Shown piece after piece: positions 1 through 9,002 of a stretch of DNA of 64,000 nt; position 1 is the stretch's first letter, and each line of letters opens with the position of its first letter. Under the pieces are notes generated by a model that ran no database searches, had not been told where the DNA came from, and saw only the letters and a program-made list of their open reading frames with translations. This stretch comes from an uncultured bacterium (GTDB lineage Bacteria > Omnitrophota > Gorgyraeia > Duberdicusellales > CBEUCJ01), in contig CBEUCJ010000001.1 of assembly GCA_965541615.1 (NCBI GenBank), positions 195,754 to 259,753 on the forward strand, in the 5' to 3' direction. The position numbers were made by a program, and so were the translations under genes.

Positions 1-494
1 TATATTTCAATTTCTATATATATATTGTTATCAAAAGAGAATTTTCTTTTGAGACTTTTTATTATTCTATGAAGGGTTTCTATCTCTAATAATTGGGGAG
101 TTCCCCCTCCAAAATGGACATTTATAATTTTGATATTATTGAGTATTCTTGAAATAATTCTTACTTCATTCTCTATGAGATTCAAAAAGTTTTTAGCATA
201 ATTTTTAAAAGGTTTTAAAGGTAAAGAAGGGCATACACAGTAAGGACATATTTTCTTACAAAAGGGATAATGAACATATAGAATTACATTTTTTATTTTT
301 CTTCTATTTCTCTTTATATACTCTATAAATTTATTCTTAGTACTTACTAGAGGAAAGTAATGAGGATAACCTATATTGAAAGGAGAAAGAATAATTCCCT
401 TTTCTATAACTCTTTCAATGATATTTATAATTTCTTTAGAGGTATAAAATAGAGATGATTCTTTAAGGATTTTTTTAATAACGTTTCTTATCAT
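1..494 (-). CDS. HemN-like (class C) radical SAM protein, 5' part; runs off the window edge
   Basis: Not in the ORF track. Manual translation from ATG at 494 (ATGA overlap with the stop of the upstream gene) gives MIRNVIKK...ILYVHYPFCKKICPYCVC...INVHFGGGTPQLL...IYIEIE, open to base 1. Confidence 0.85.
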   Translation of the reverse strand, partial: MIRNVIKKILKESSLFYTSKEIINIIERVIEKGIILSPFNIGYPHYFPLVSTKNKFIEYIKRNRRKIKNVILYVHYPFCKKICPYCVCPSLPLKPFKNYAKNFLNLIENEVRIISRILNNIKIINVHFGGGTPQLLEIETLHRIIKSLKRKFSFDNNIYIEIEI

Positions 495-2173
495 CTTTTT
501 AGAATTTCTTTTTGAAGAGCATAAGCTATTGCTTCCTTAACCTGAAAAGATTCTTTTATTATTTTATTACCTACTGAAAACTCTGTGATACCTTTTATAT
601 CTATTTCCATAAATCCAGGTAATAATTCTTTCCCTTTCAAGTAAGAATAAGGAATAAATAAGAGAGAAATGAGAGGAATGAGAAAGTTATAACCTAAAGG
701 TAATTTATAACTATTATCTTTTTTTTCAAAGAATTTATTTTTATAAAGAAATTTTACAATCCTTTTCACAAATGATTTTTCTTTTGAAGGTAAGCTTTCC
801 AATATAAACTCAGGGATCTCCCCTTTATAGTAAAGAAATCTTATTAAAAGTGAATGAAAAAGGAGTAAGTTCCTTAAGAAAGGGTTTTTTGGAAAGGGAT
901 AGTATGTAGAGAAGAGAAAGTTCTCTAATGAATTTTCTTTTTGTAGAGAACTATGCCACCCCTTCCAGTCCCATCTATTATACCAAATTGGAGAAGTAAG
1001 GTATGGACTAAAAAGAGATTTTGCAAATGGTCCTATTCCTATAAGAATTCCGTAAATAGATGGCATATAGTAGTAATATTCATAAGAAAAAGGAGTAGGA
1101 CTACTACTTTCAGAAGTAGGGGAAGAAAAAACTCTCAACTTGTAATCAAAGTCTCCATTTCTTATAAAGATCTTTGCTTCTTGAGAAAATCTTATAACCG
1201 TATTTAAGAAATAAAAAGTTTCCCATATCCCTGCGTGATTATCTAAGAGTTCAAATTTTCCTAAGCGATAGTTTCGTGGAGTGACTATATATCTTCCTAT
1301 ATCAATTGAAAACCTTACATCTTTACTATCTTTGAAGAAATTTATTAAAGAGAAAACATCTTTAAGAGAATCTGAAATAGGGAGATAAGGTAAACCATAT
1401 AATAAATCTATATTAACTAAGGGAATCCTAAATTTTGATTTTAAATCCTCTAGTAATCCCCAAATAAGTTCACTGTCCCCCCCTCTTCCTAAGAATTTTC
1501 TTACTTTGTTGTTAAAAGTTTGCACTCCTAACGATATTCTTTTACATCCATTTTCTTGTAGAAGATTTATAATTTCTTCAATTCCTTCTTCTTCAGGAGA
1601 AAGTTCCACCTCCCAATATACTTTTTCAAAAAATTTGTTTCCATACATTTCTCTGAAATTTTTAAATAAGTTGACGAACCCCTTAATACTTAACAAATTA
1701 GGTGTTCCTCCTCCTATGTGAATTAACTTAGGTTCCAAAAGTCTAAAAAAGTCATCTTTGTTAAGATGAGGATGGATTATTCTTAACAATTGAATACTGA
1801 GAGGGCCTCCTTTTTTCTTATATAATTTATATAATCCCTTAATCCATATCTCAAGTTCTTTCTTACAGAGTTTGCCAAACATATTATTAAATTTTATAAG
1901 CTCTTTGTTATTTTTATGATATATTCCTCCAAACATACAAAATTTGCAGATACGTCTACAGAAAGGATAGTGGATGTATACTCCACAATTAAATTCTTTT
2001 TTTTTAATTTCTTCTAAAAAAAATTTTGGGATTTTCTCAGTAAAGTTGAGAGAAGGAAAGTTAAAAATAGAATGTTTTTGGATGAAATTTTTATCTTCAA
2101 TACTGATATGTCCGCTTCCTGGGAATAAAGTTATTAATTGCCAAAAGAAAGGATTCTTTAGTAATTTTTCCAT
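491..2173 (-). CDS. HemN-like (class C) radical SAM protein, divergent, 560 aa
   Basis: Motifs YIHYPFCRRICKFC (CxxxCxxC), HIGGGTP, RISLGVQTF and NIDLLYGLP; C-terminal half atypical. Confidence 0.85.
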   Translation of the reverse strand: MEKLLKNPFFWQLITLFPGSGHISIEDKNFIQKHSIFNFPSLNFTEKIPKFFLEEIKKKEFNCGVYIHYPFCRRICKFCMFGGIYHKNNKELIKFNNMFGKLCKKELEIWIKGLYKLYKKKGGPLSIQLLRIIHPHLNKDDFFRLLEPKLIHIGGGTPNLLSIKGFVNLFKNFREMYGNKFFEKVYWEVELSPEEEGIEEIINLLQENGCKRISLGVQTFNNKVRKFLGRGGDSELIWGLLEDLKSKFRIPLVNIDLLYGLPYLPISDSLKDVFSLINFFKDSKDVRFSIDIGRYIVTPRNYRLGKFELLDNHAGIWETFYFLNTVIRFSQEAKIFIRNGDFDYKLRVFSSPTSESSSPTPFSYEYYYYMPSIYGILIGIGPFAKSLFSPYLTSPIWYNRWDWKGWHSSLQKENSLENFLFSTYYPFPKNPFLRNLLLFHSLLIRFLYYKGEIPEFILESLPSKEKSFVKRIVKFLYKNKFFEKKDNSYKLPLGYNFLIPLISLLFIPYSYLKGKELLPGFMEIDIKGITEFSVGNKIIKESFQVKEAIAYALQKEILKR

Positions 2174-2178
2174 TTCTC

Positions 2179-2226
2179 TTGAAAATCTTCACGGAACATT
2201 ATATATTATAATGGAAAGGTAATCAA
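2179..2226. promoter_or_regulatory. Overlapping divergent sigma70-like promoters
   Basis: Plus strand TTGAAA(2179)-17 nt-TATATT(2202); minus strand TTGATT(2226-2221)-17 nt-TATAAT(2203-2198); both in a 70-bp intergenic gap. Confidence 0.45.
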
Positions 2227-2243
2227 GAGAAAGGAGGGATAGG

Positions 2244-2465
2244 ATGCAGAATAAGTTTATAAAAATTACAACTCTTCCATTAGTACCATTCATTACTCTT
2301 TTATTTCATGTTCAGAAAAGTGAAGCTATAGTCAATATGTCTAACGCTTCTAAAAAAATAGTGAAAAAACAATATTTATCAAATTTATTTGAAGAAATAG
2401 CAAAAGACTTTCAAAAAGAGGATATAGAGAAAAAGACTATAATGATTGCTTTCGCGTGTTATTAA
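2244..2465 (+). CDS. Small protein (73 aa) with signal/leader-like N-terminus, ending IMIAFACY; possible modified-peptide precursor
   Basis: Strong SD (AAAGGAGG) just upstream of ATG; hydrophobic N-terminus ending in KSEA. Confidence 0.65.
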   Translation: MQNKFIKITTLPLVPFITLLFHVQKSEAIVNMSNASKKIVKKQYLSNLFEEIAKDFQKEDIEKKTIMIAFACY

Positions 2466-2959
2466 GGTTATTTTTTATATTTTTAAGAAAAAAGTTTAGA
2501 ATAAAAGGAGTCTTAGTCTCTTTATTGCTTATGACACTTATAACAACTGTAATCCTAGGAAGAACAAAATGTTACTTGCCTCTTTTAATTTTTCCTTTTA
2601 AATTGTCATCTTGTTTATCATCTTATACTCAGGAAAAAGGAATAAAAAGAGATACTTTCTTAGAAGCGAAGGTATGTTCATTATATAGAATAAAATACAT
2701 CCTTGAGCAAGAGAATATAGACAAAGATAAAAGAGACGAATTATTAAATCTATTTTTTCTTGTCCTTCTTAAATCTCCCTGCCCTATGTATATCAAAGAA
2801 GCTATGGATGCTCTTTCTGTAATTCATAATAAAATAGAAGAAAACAATATAAAAGAGCTAAAGAGGATATTTTATGAGGAGAAGAAAAAAGTTATTGAAG
2901 AATTGCTTCATAGTTATAGGAATCTATCTTTTGTTTTTAGCTGGAGACAGTTATTGTAA
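2456..2959 (+). CDS. Hypothetical membrane-anchored helical protein
   Basis: 167-aa ORF with GTG start overlapping the previous stop; hydrophobic segment GVLVSLLLMTLITTVILG. Confidence 0.5.
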   Translation: MLLRLFFIFLRKKFRIKGVLVSLLLMTLITTVILGRTKCYLPLLIFPFKLSSCLSSYTQEKGIKRDTFLEAKVCSLYRIKYILEQENIDKDKRDELLNLFFLVLLKSPCPMYIKEAMDALSVIHNKIEENNIKELKRIFYEEKKKVIEELLHSYRNLSFVFSWRQLL

Positions 2960-4607
2960 AGAAACTTTTCGAACTCCGTATTTTGATATTACTTTAGACT
3001 CATTTAAAATAGAAAAAGGATTATTAAGCTTTAGTATAGAATCAGTAAAAAAGAAAGTTCCTATCTATGTTAAGTTTACCTCAATAAAAGATCCTACCTA
3101 CCATTTTTTTCTTTTCTACAAGGATAATATAGAAAAATGTTTTTTTTCATTTAGAAAGGTCCCTTTCGTTATTCTGAATAAAAAACGTTATATAATTTAT
3201 TCTTCTATCTATAATCCTTATCATCCATTAGAAAGAAATTTTTTATTCAGTTATCCTTATATTTTAACTTTTGAAACAGATGGCTTTTCTTTATCTTTTT
3301 TTGTATATGTTACTACGAAAAATTTCTCAAGAGAGTTAAAACAGTTATTTGAAAATAATACACTTCTTTCTCATCCTGAAGGTGTAGATATGGTAAGATC
3401 AGTATTTTCTCCTAAGTTGGCAGAATATTTAAAATACGATAAGATGCTTCTTGATACTTTATTATCTCATCCCCATAGTAGAAAGTTAATGTATTCTCGT
3501 AATGCTTCTGAGTTTATTCTCTCTTCCTCTAATGATGGTTGTTTAACCAGAGAGGAGATAAAGAACTTTATAGAAACTTTTAAAGTCGTCCCTACTTCTC
3601 AGATATATCCAAAAAGTGCAGAGATTTTCTATTTCTTAGATGAACGAATACCACCTTTTACTGAGTTTTTAAATGACATACGAAAGATAATCACTCCTTT
3701 TGAAAAAGGATGGATGTGGATGCTTCTTAACAATGTAGATAGTAATACCTTTCTTGTATTGTTGTTGGATAAGAGTTGTATCATTATAAAAGATAATAAA
3801 ATAATAAAAGTATTCAAAGGTTATTCTTTTAAAAAAAACATTGTAATGAAAAACATCCCTTTAGTAATTGTGAACTTTGAAAAAAATTGGTGTTTTATAG
3901 AGAAAGAAATCCCCAAATGGGTGAAGTCAGTTCTTAATGTTTTAGGCTTAACTGGTGATGATGTGAGATTGGTTAAAAGAGAATTTATACCCACTGAAGA
4001 ACTAGAAGTATTGAAAAAGTATCGTGAGATTATAAAAAAATCATCTTTAGAAATGGAAATAACTCGGAATTCTTATTTACTTTTAAAGTTTAGTAAGGAT
4101 GAAAATAGCTTTTATAATAAAAGGAATAAAATGTTTACCTCCCTTATTTATGCTAATCTTATCGATCCTATCGCAAGATATATAGTCAATGAATCTCTAT
4201 GGGAGAGTAAGTTCGATATATATACTATTTTTACTCTATATAGACATTACACTACTGAGGATAGTTGGCTTAGATACATAGTCCATGGAATGAAATTGGA
4301 GGGTATTTACTATACTATTAGTGGAAGTTATAGAAGCAAATTAGGTCATTGTATTACAAGAGCAATTGCTTCAGCAGCCCTCTCTTTAATGATAAATGAA
4401 CCAGTTGATTGTTATCTTATATATGGTTTCGATGATAAGAATAACCTTTTAATGTATCATGCCTTTTGCTGGTTGCCGAGAGAAAAAATACTTTTAGAAA
4501 GAAGCAATCCTATTAGGAACATATTGGTTCCTTGTCTTTCTCCTCTGTTCTATACTTCAGATAAATTGGAGATATTGTGGGAGTTTCATTCTCCTCAACG
4601 AAAATAG
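2874..4607 (+). CDS. Exported or membrane-anchored protein with C-terminal transglutaminase-like (Cys-His) domain
   Basis: N-terminal basic plus hydrophobic segment; LGHCITRAIASAAL...YHAFCW resembles the GxC...HAW transglutaminase core. Confidence 0.55.
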   Translation: MRRRKKLLKNCFIVIGIYLLFLAGDSYCKETFRTPYFDITLDSFKIEKGLLSFSIESVKKKVPIYVKFTSIKDPTYHFFLFYKDNIEKCFFSFRKVPFVILNKKRYIIYSSIYNPYHPLERNFLFSYPYILTFETDGFSLSFFVYVTTKNFSRELKQLFENNTLLSHPEGVDMVRSVFSPKLAEYLKYDKMLLDTLLSHPHSRKLMYSRNASEFILSSSNDGCLTREEIKNFIETFKVVPTSQIYPKSAEIFYFLDERIPPFTEFLNDIRKIITPFEKGWMWMLLNNVDSNTFLVLLLDKSCIIIKDNKIIKVFKGYSFKKNIVMKNIPLVIVNFEKNWCFIEKEIPKWVKSVLNVLGLTGDDVRLVKREFIPTEELEVLKKYREIIKKSSLEMEITRNSYLLLKFSKDENSFYNKRNKMFTSLIYANLIDPIARYIVNESLWESKFDIYTIFTLYRHYTTEDSWLRYIVHGMKLEGIYYTISGSYRSKLGHCITRAIASAALSLMINEPVDCYLIYGFDDKNNLLMYHAFCWLPREKILLERSNPIRNILVPCLSPLFYTSDKLEILWEFHSPQRK

Positions 4608-4652
4608 CCCCTCTAAAAAAAGAAAATGGCAGGTTTGTGAAAGAAGTAAACT

Positions 4653-5852
4653 ATGTCTATTAAATTAATGAGAAGATTGGATTATTGGCTAGGTATTCCT
4701 TTGTGCTTTTTGTTTACTTTTTTTGTCCATTTCTCAAAATTATTCTTATTTAAAGAAAAGAAGAAAGACATCAAAAAAATATTGTTTATTAAACTTTCAG
4801 AAATAGGAAGTATTATTTTAGCTTATCCTTTACTTCAATGCACAAAGAGGAGATACCCTCAAAGTGAAATATTTTTTCTTAGTTTTAAAGAAAATGAAGC
4901 TATTTTGGAGGTATTAAAGATTTCTAAAGATAGGATACTGAGTATAAGAAAAGGTTCTATAAAAGAGTTTATTTTAGATACCTTGAGAATGATAAAAAAA
5001 TTAAGAAAAGAAAATATAGATGTTGTTTTTGATTTAGAGTTTTTTTCTCGTTTTACAGCTATTTTATCTTTTTTAATAAAAGCAAAGAAAAGAGTAGGGT
5101 TTTATCACTATACTTTTGAAGGTCTCTATAGAGGAGAATTATTAACTCATAAAATTCAATACAATCCTTTAATCCACATAAGTAAAGTTTATTTATCTTT
5201 TTTACAAGTGATAGAAAAAGAAAAGAAAAATACACCTGAATTAGAAGAAAAAATCAATGAAGATGATATTAATTTACCGAAATTTGCTGCTTCTGAACAG
5301 GAGAAAAAGGAAATGTTAAATAAATTGAAAGATGCAGGTATAAATGAAAAAGCAAAGTTATTCCTCATTAATTTAGGTGAAGGAAATATCCCTTTAAGAG
5401 AATGGCCTTTAGAAAACTTTATTTCTCTTTCAAAGATGATTTTAGAAGATGATGAAGAAAACTGCATTATTATTGTAGGAAAAAATTTATCTTACAAAGT
5501 AAAAGAGTTTTGCAAAAAATTCTCTGAAAAAAGAGTTATAAATTTAGCAGGAAAGACTACGCTTAAAGAATTATTAACTCTTTTTGAAATTTCTGAAGCT
5601 TTGATATGTTGTGATTGCGGTTTAGCACATTTAGCTTCTTTAACCTCAGTTAAAAAATTTGTAATATTTGGTCCAGAATCTCCGCTGGTTTTTTCTCCTT
5701 TGGGAGAAAATACTTATATAATATATTCAAATCTTCCGTGTTCTCCTTGCCTTTCTATTTTAAACCATAGATGTTCTGCATGTAAGGATAATAAATGTTT
5801 AAAGGTAATTAAATCAGAAGAAGTTTACAGAGTAGTGAAATCTGCTGTATGA
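4653..5852 (+). CDS. Glycosyltransferase family 9 (heptosyltransferase-like)
   Basis: KILFIKLSEIGSIIL, REWPLENF, INLAGKTTL, DCGLAHLAS, FGPESP and CSPC motifs. Confidence 0.85.
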   Translation: MSIKLMRRLDYWLGIPLCFLFTFFVHFSKLFLFKEKKKDIKKILFIKLSEIGSIILAYPLLQCTKRRYPQSEIFFLSFKENEAILEVLKISKDRILSIRKGSIKEFILDTLRMIKKLRKENIDVVFDLEFFSRFTAILSFLIKAKKRVGFYHYTFEGLYRGELLTHKIQYNPLIHISKVYLSFLQVIEKEKKNTPELEEKINEDDINLPKFAASEQEKKEMLNKLKDAGINEKAKLFLINLGEGNIPLREWPLENFISLSKMILEDDEENCIIIVGKNLSYKVKEFCKKFSEKRVINLAGKTTLKELLTLFEISEALICCDCGLAHLASLTSVKKFVIFGPESPLVFSPLGENTYIIYSNLPCSPCLSILNHRCSACKDNKCLKVIKSEEVYRVVKSAV

Positions 5853-6943
5853 AAGTGATATTTATTTCCAGAGAGTGTTATGAATTTCCAGGAGGAAGAA
5901 TTAGGAGTTATGAGTTTTCTGAAGAGCTTGAAAAAAGGGGAATAGATACTTCTTTTTTCTTTTTTATAGATAATAAAAAAGAATATTTAGAAAGAGATAT
6001 TCTTTTAAGAGAAAAAATTATACTCACTTTTAAAAGCCTTCCATATTTTCTTAGACAAAGAAATTGTATTTTTGTAGTGAATAGATTTAATTATCATTCT
6101 CTTTGCGTATGGTTAGTTTCTTTATTTAAAAAAATCCCTTATGTATTTGATATGGATGATTGGGAGTCTCGTCAAGATACAGGATATTATTTTGGTATAT
6201 TTCCTAAATCAAAATCTGAATATTTATCCAGAATATTTGCTCATAATAGTAGATTTTGTATAGCTGCAAGTCATTATCTTAAAGATTATTTATCTCAATT
6301 TAATAAGAAAGTGTATCTTATTCCCACCGGTATAGATACCAATCTATTTAAACCAAAACATAATTGTGATAAAAAAGAAGTTATATTCTCTTGGCATGGA
6401 TTAATAAATAGAAAAGAGATCGTTGATTATCTTAAATTTGTAATAGAATGTTTTATTATTGTCAATAGAGAAATTAAACATACTCAACTATGGATAAAAG
6501 GGACAGGTATTTTCATCAAAGATTTTTTAGAAATATTAAAAAATTATAGAAATGAGAATATAAAATACTTTAGATGGTCACATCCTTTGACTATTCCTTC
6601 TTATTTAGATAAAGTAGATATAGGACTTTTCCCTTTGCTTGAGAGAACGCATTTTAATCTGGCAAAATTTCCTGTAAAAGTAGTTGAATATATGGCAAAG
6701 AAAATTCCTGTTATTGCTTCAAATATGGGTGAAGTAAAATATATAATAAAACACAATTATAATGGATTCTTAGCTAATTCAAAGGAAGAGTTTGTTGATT
6801 ATATGTTAAAATTAGCAAAGGACAGATTTTTAAGAGAAAAAATAGGCAAAAATGCTTACGAAACTGTAAAAGAAAAGTATTCTTTAAGTCTATTGGGAGG
6901 AAAATTATATAAAATATTTAAAGAAAATTTTGAACAGTTATAA
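5849..6943 (+). CDS. Glycosyltransferase family 4
   Basis: IPTGIDTNLF, KFPVKVVEYMAKKIPVIAS, HNYNGFLA. Confidence 0.88.
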   Translation: MKVIFISRECYEFPGGRIRSYEFSEELEKRGIDTSFFFFIDNKKEYLERDILLREKIILTFKSLPYFLRQRNCIFVVNRFNYHSLCVWLVSLFKKIPYVFDMDDWESRQDTGYYFGIFPKSKSEYLSRIFAHNSRFCIAASHYLKDYLSQFNKKVYLIPTGIDTNLFKPKHNCDKKEVIFSWHGLINRKEIVDYLKFVIECFIIVNREIKHTQLWIKGTGIFIKDFLEILKNYRNENIKYFRWSHPLTIPSYLDKVDIGLFPLLERTHFNLAKFPVKVVEYMAKKIPVIASNMGEVKYIIKHNYNGFLANSKEEFVDYMLKLAKDRFLREKIGKNAYETVKEKYSLSLLGGKLYKIFKENFEQL

Positions 6944-6949
6944 AGAAAA

Positions 6950-8233
6950 ATGGAGAAAAAAATTGTTATTTTAGGAGGAGGATTAGCAGGAGTATCTTTA
7001 GCCTATTTTTTAAAAAATAAAAATTTTCTTTTATTTGAAAAAGAAAAAGAATTAGGAGGTTTGTGTAGGACAAAAAGAAAAAATAATTTTTTATTTGATT
7101 TTTGTGGTCATGTTTTACATTTTAAACATAAAGAAATATTTTATCTAATAAGAAAACTTTTGGGTAAAGATTTATTAAGACATAAAAGAAATTCTGTAGT
7201 ATACTGTTTTAAAAGATTTATTCCTTATCCTTTTCAAGTGAATCTTTATAATCTACCTTTTAAAATTACAAAAGGATGCTTTAGTGATTTTGTAAAAATT
7301 TATTTTGATGGGAAAAAAGAGCCTTCTAATTTTTTAGAATGGTGTTATAAAAATTTTGGAAAAAGCATTACTGATCATTTTATGAGACCTTATAATGAAA
7401 AATTCTGGACTTATCCTTTAGAAAAGTTAAACTGGGAATGGGCAGAAAAAGTAATAATCGTTCCTACACTAAATCAACTTTTAGAAGGTACACTTAAAGA
7501 AAATAAAAAAAACTTAGGATACAATTCTTTTTTCTGGTATCCTAAAAAAGGAGGTATAGATAATCTTATAAAAGCTTTTTTGTTGCATATTGATTCTAAG
7601 AAGATATTTAAAGAATGTGAAGTTGTAAAAATAGACCCTATTTTAAAAAGAGTAGAGTTTAAAAATGGGCTTAAAGAAAAATATGATGTATTGATTTCTA
7701 CTTTACCTTTACCAGACTTACCTAAGATTTTAAACTTTCCAAGTTTTATTTTAAAATTTTTTAAAAAATTGAAATGGATTTCTATTTTTAATCTTAATTT
7801 AGGAGTAAAAGAAAAGTCTAAACAATGGCATTGGATATATTTTCCTGAAAAAGAATTTAGTTTCTATAGAGTAGGTTTTTTTAACAATTTTTTTCAAAAT
7901 TCATTTAATACTTCTCTGTATACAGAGGTTTCCTATTCTCAAAATAAGCCTATAGATAAAAGAAAAATAGTTGGAAAGATAATCAAAGATTTGCTAAAAA
8001 TAGGAATAATTGAAAAAAAAGAAAATATAAAAGAAATCGTTATTAATGATATAAAATATGCTTATCCTGTTTATGATTTGGACTGGAAAGAAGCTCGAGA
8101 AAAAATTTTAAATTATCTTGAAAAGTACAGGATTTTTTGTATAGGGCGATTCGGAAACTGGAAATATATGTCCATGGAGGATGTAATATTAGAAAGTTTG
8201 AAATTTTCAAAATTTATAAATGAGAATTTTTGA
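6950..8233 (+). CDS. FAD-dependent oxidoreductase (protoporphyrinogen oxidase-like / UDP-galactopyranose mutase-like)
   Basis: GGGLAG dinucleotide motif, EKEKELGGLCRT, FDFCGHVLH, PYNEKFW, GRFGNWKY. Confidence 0.8.
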   Translation: MEKKIVILGGGLAGVSLAYFLKNKNFLLFEKEKELGGLCRTKRKNNFLFDFCGHVLHFKHKEIFYLIRKLLGKDLLRHKRNSVVYCFKRFIPYPFQVNLYNLPFKITKGCFSDFVKIYFDGKKEPSNFLEWCYKNFGKSITDHFMRPYNEKFWTYPLEKLNWEWAEKVIIVPTLNQLLEGTLKENKKNLGYNSFFWYPKKGGIDNLIKAFLLHIDSKKIFKECEVVKIDPILKRVEFKNGLKEKYDVLISTLPLPDLPKILNFPSFILKFFKKLKWISIFNLNLGVKEKSKQWHWIYFPEKEFSFYRVGFFNNFFQNSFNTSLYTEVSYSQNKPIDKRKIVGKIIKDLLKIGIIEKKENIKEIVINDIKYAYPVYDLDWKEAREKILNYLEKYRIFCIGRFGNWKYMSMEDVILESLKFSKFINENF

Positions 8234-9002
8234 AAGATTTAAAAAGATTTATTTTTACCGTAATATTCTAAAAGAACTGACACTAAAGAATTTAAAAATA
8301 AAGTATTCTGGTTCTATGTTAGGTATATGGTGGGCAATAATTACTCCTTTAATTTTGGCAATAAGTATTAATTTTGTTTTTAATGTTGTTTTTAATATCG
8401 GTATCAAAAACTTTACTCTTTTTGCTCTTTCTGGAATCTTACCTTGGATATTTTTCTCTAATGCGTTATTCGAAACTACAAATTCTTTTGTAATTAATTC
8501 TCAAATTTTAAAACAGGCAATTTTTCCTCATGAGTTTATTCCTCTTTCTTCTATTTTAAGTAATTTCCTTAATTTTCTTATTGGATTTTTTGCTTTGCTA
8601 CCTTTATTTATTGTTTTCAATCATAAAATATTATTAATCTCCCCTTTTTTATTTTTAATATTACTTCTTCATCTTCTTTTTTTGATTGGTTTAGGATTTT
8701 TACTCTCTGTTTTAAATGTTTTTTTGCGTGATGTATCTTGTTTTTTATCTATAGTATTAATGATTTGGTTTTGGGTTACTCCAATATTTTATCCCATTGA
8801 TTTTTTAAAATTTCCTTACCGTTTAGTATGTATTTTAAATCCTTTAACTTATTACATAATTTCCTATCAGAAAATTCTTTTTAAAGGAGAATCTCTTTCT
8901 TTTTCAGAGATATTTATAATGCTATTTATTTCTTTACTTTTCTTTATTGGAGGTTATTCTTTTTTTATTAAAAAAGAAAAACTTTTGTTAAAAAGAATAT
9001 GA
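8220..9002 (+). CDS. wzm: ABC-2 polysaccharide export permease
   Basis: KIKYSGSMLGIWW, about 6 TM segments, RD...TPIFYP, LNPL. Confidence 0.88.
   Translation: MRIFERFKKIYFYRNILKELTLKNLKIKYSGSMLGIWWAIITPLILAISINFVFNVVFNIGIKNFTLFALSGILPWIFFSNALFETTNSFVINSQILKQAIFPHEFIPLSSILSNFLNFLIGFFALLPLFIVFNHKILLISPFLFLILLLHLLFLIGLGFLLSVLNVFLRDVSCFLSIVLMIWFWVTPIFYPIDFLKFPYRLVCILNPLTYYIISYQKILFKGESLSFSEIFIMLFISLLFFIGGYSFFIKKEKLLLKRI

Noticed and set aside
491-2173. Annotation as true coproporphyrinogen III oxidase hemN
   Set aside because: Tandem divergent paralogs, atypical length and C-terminus, and no heme gene context; family-level call only
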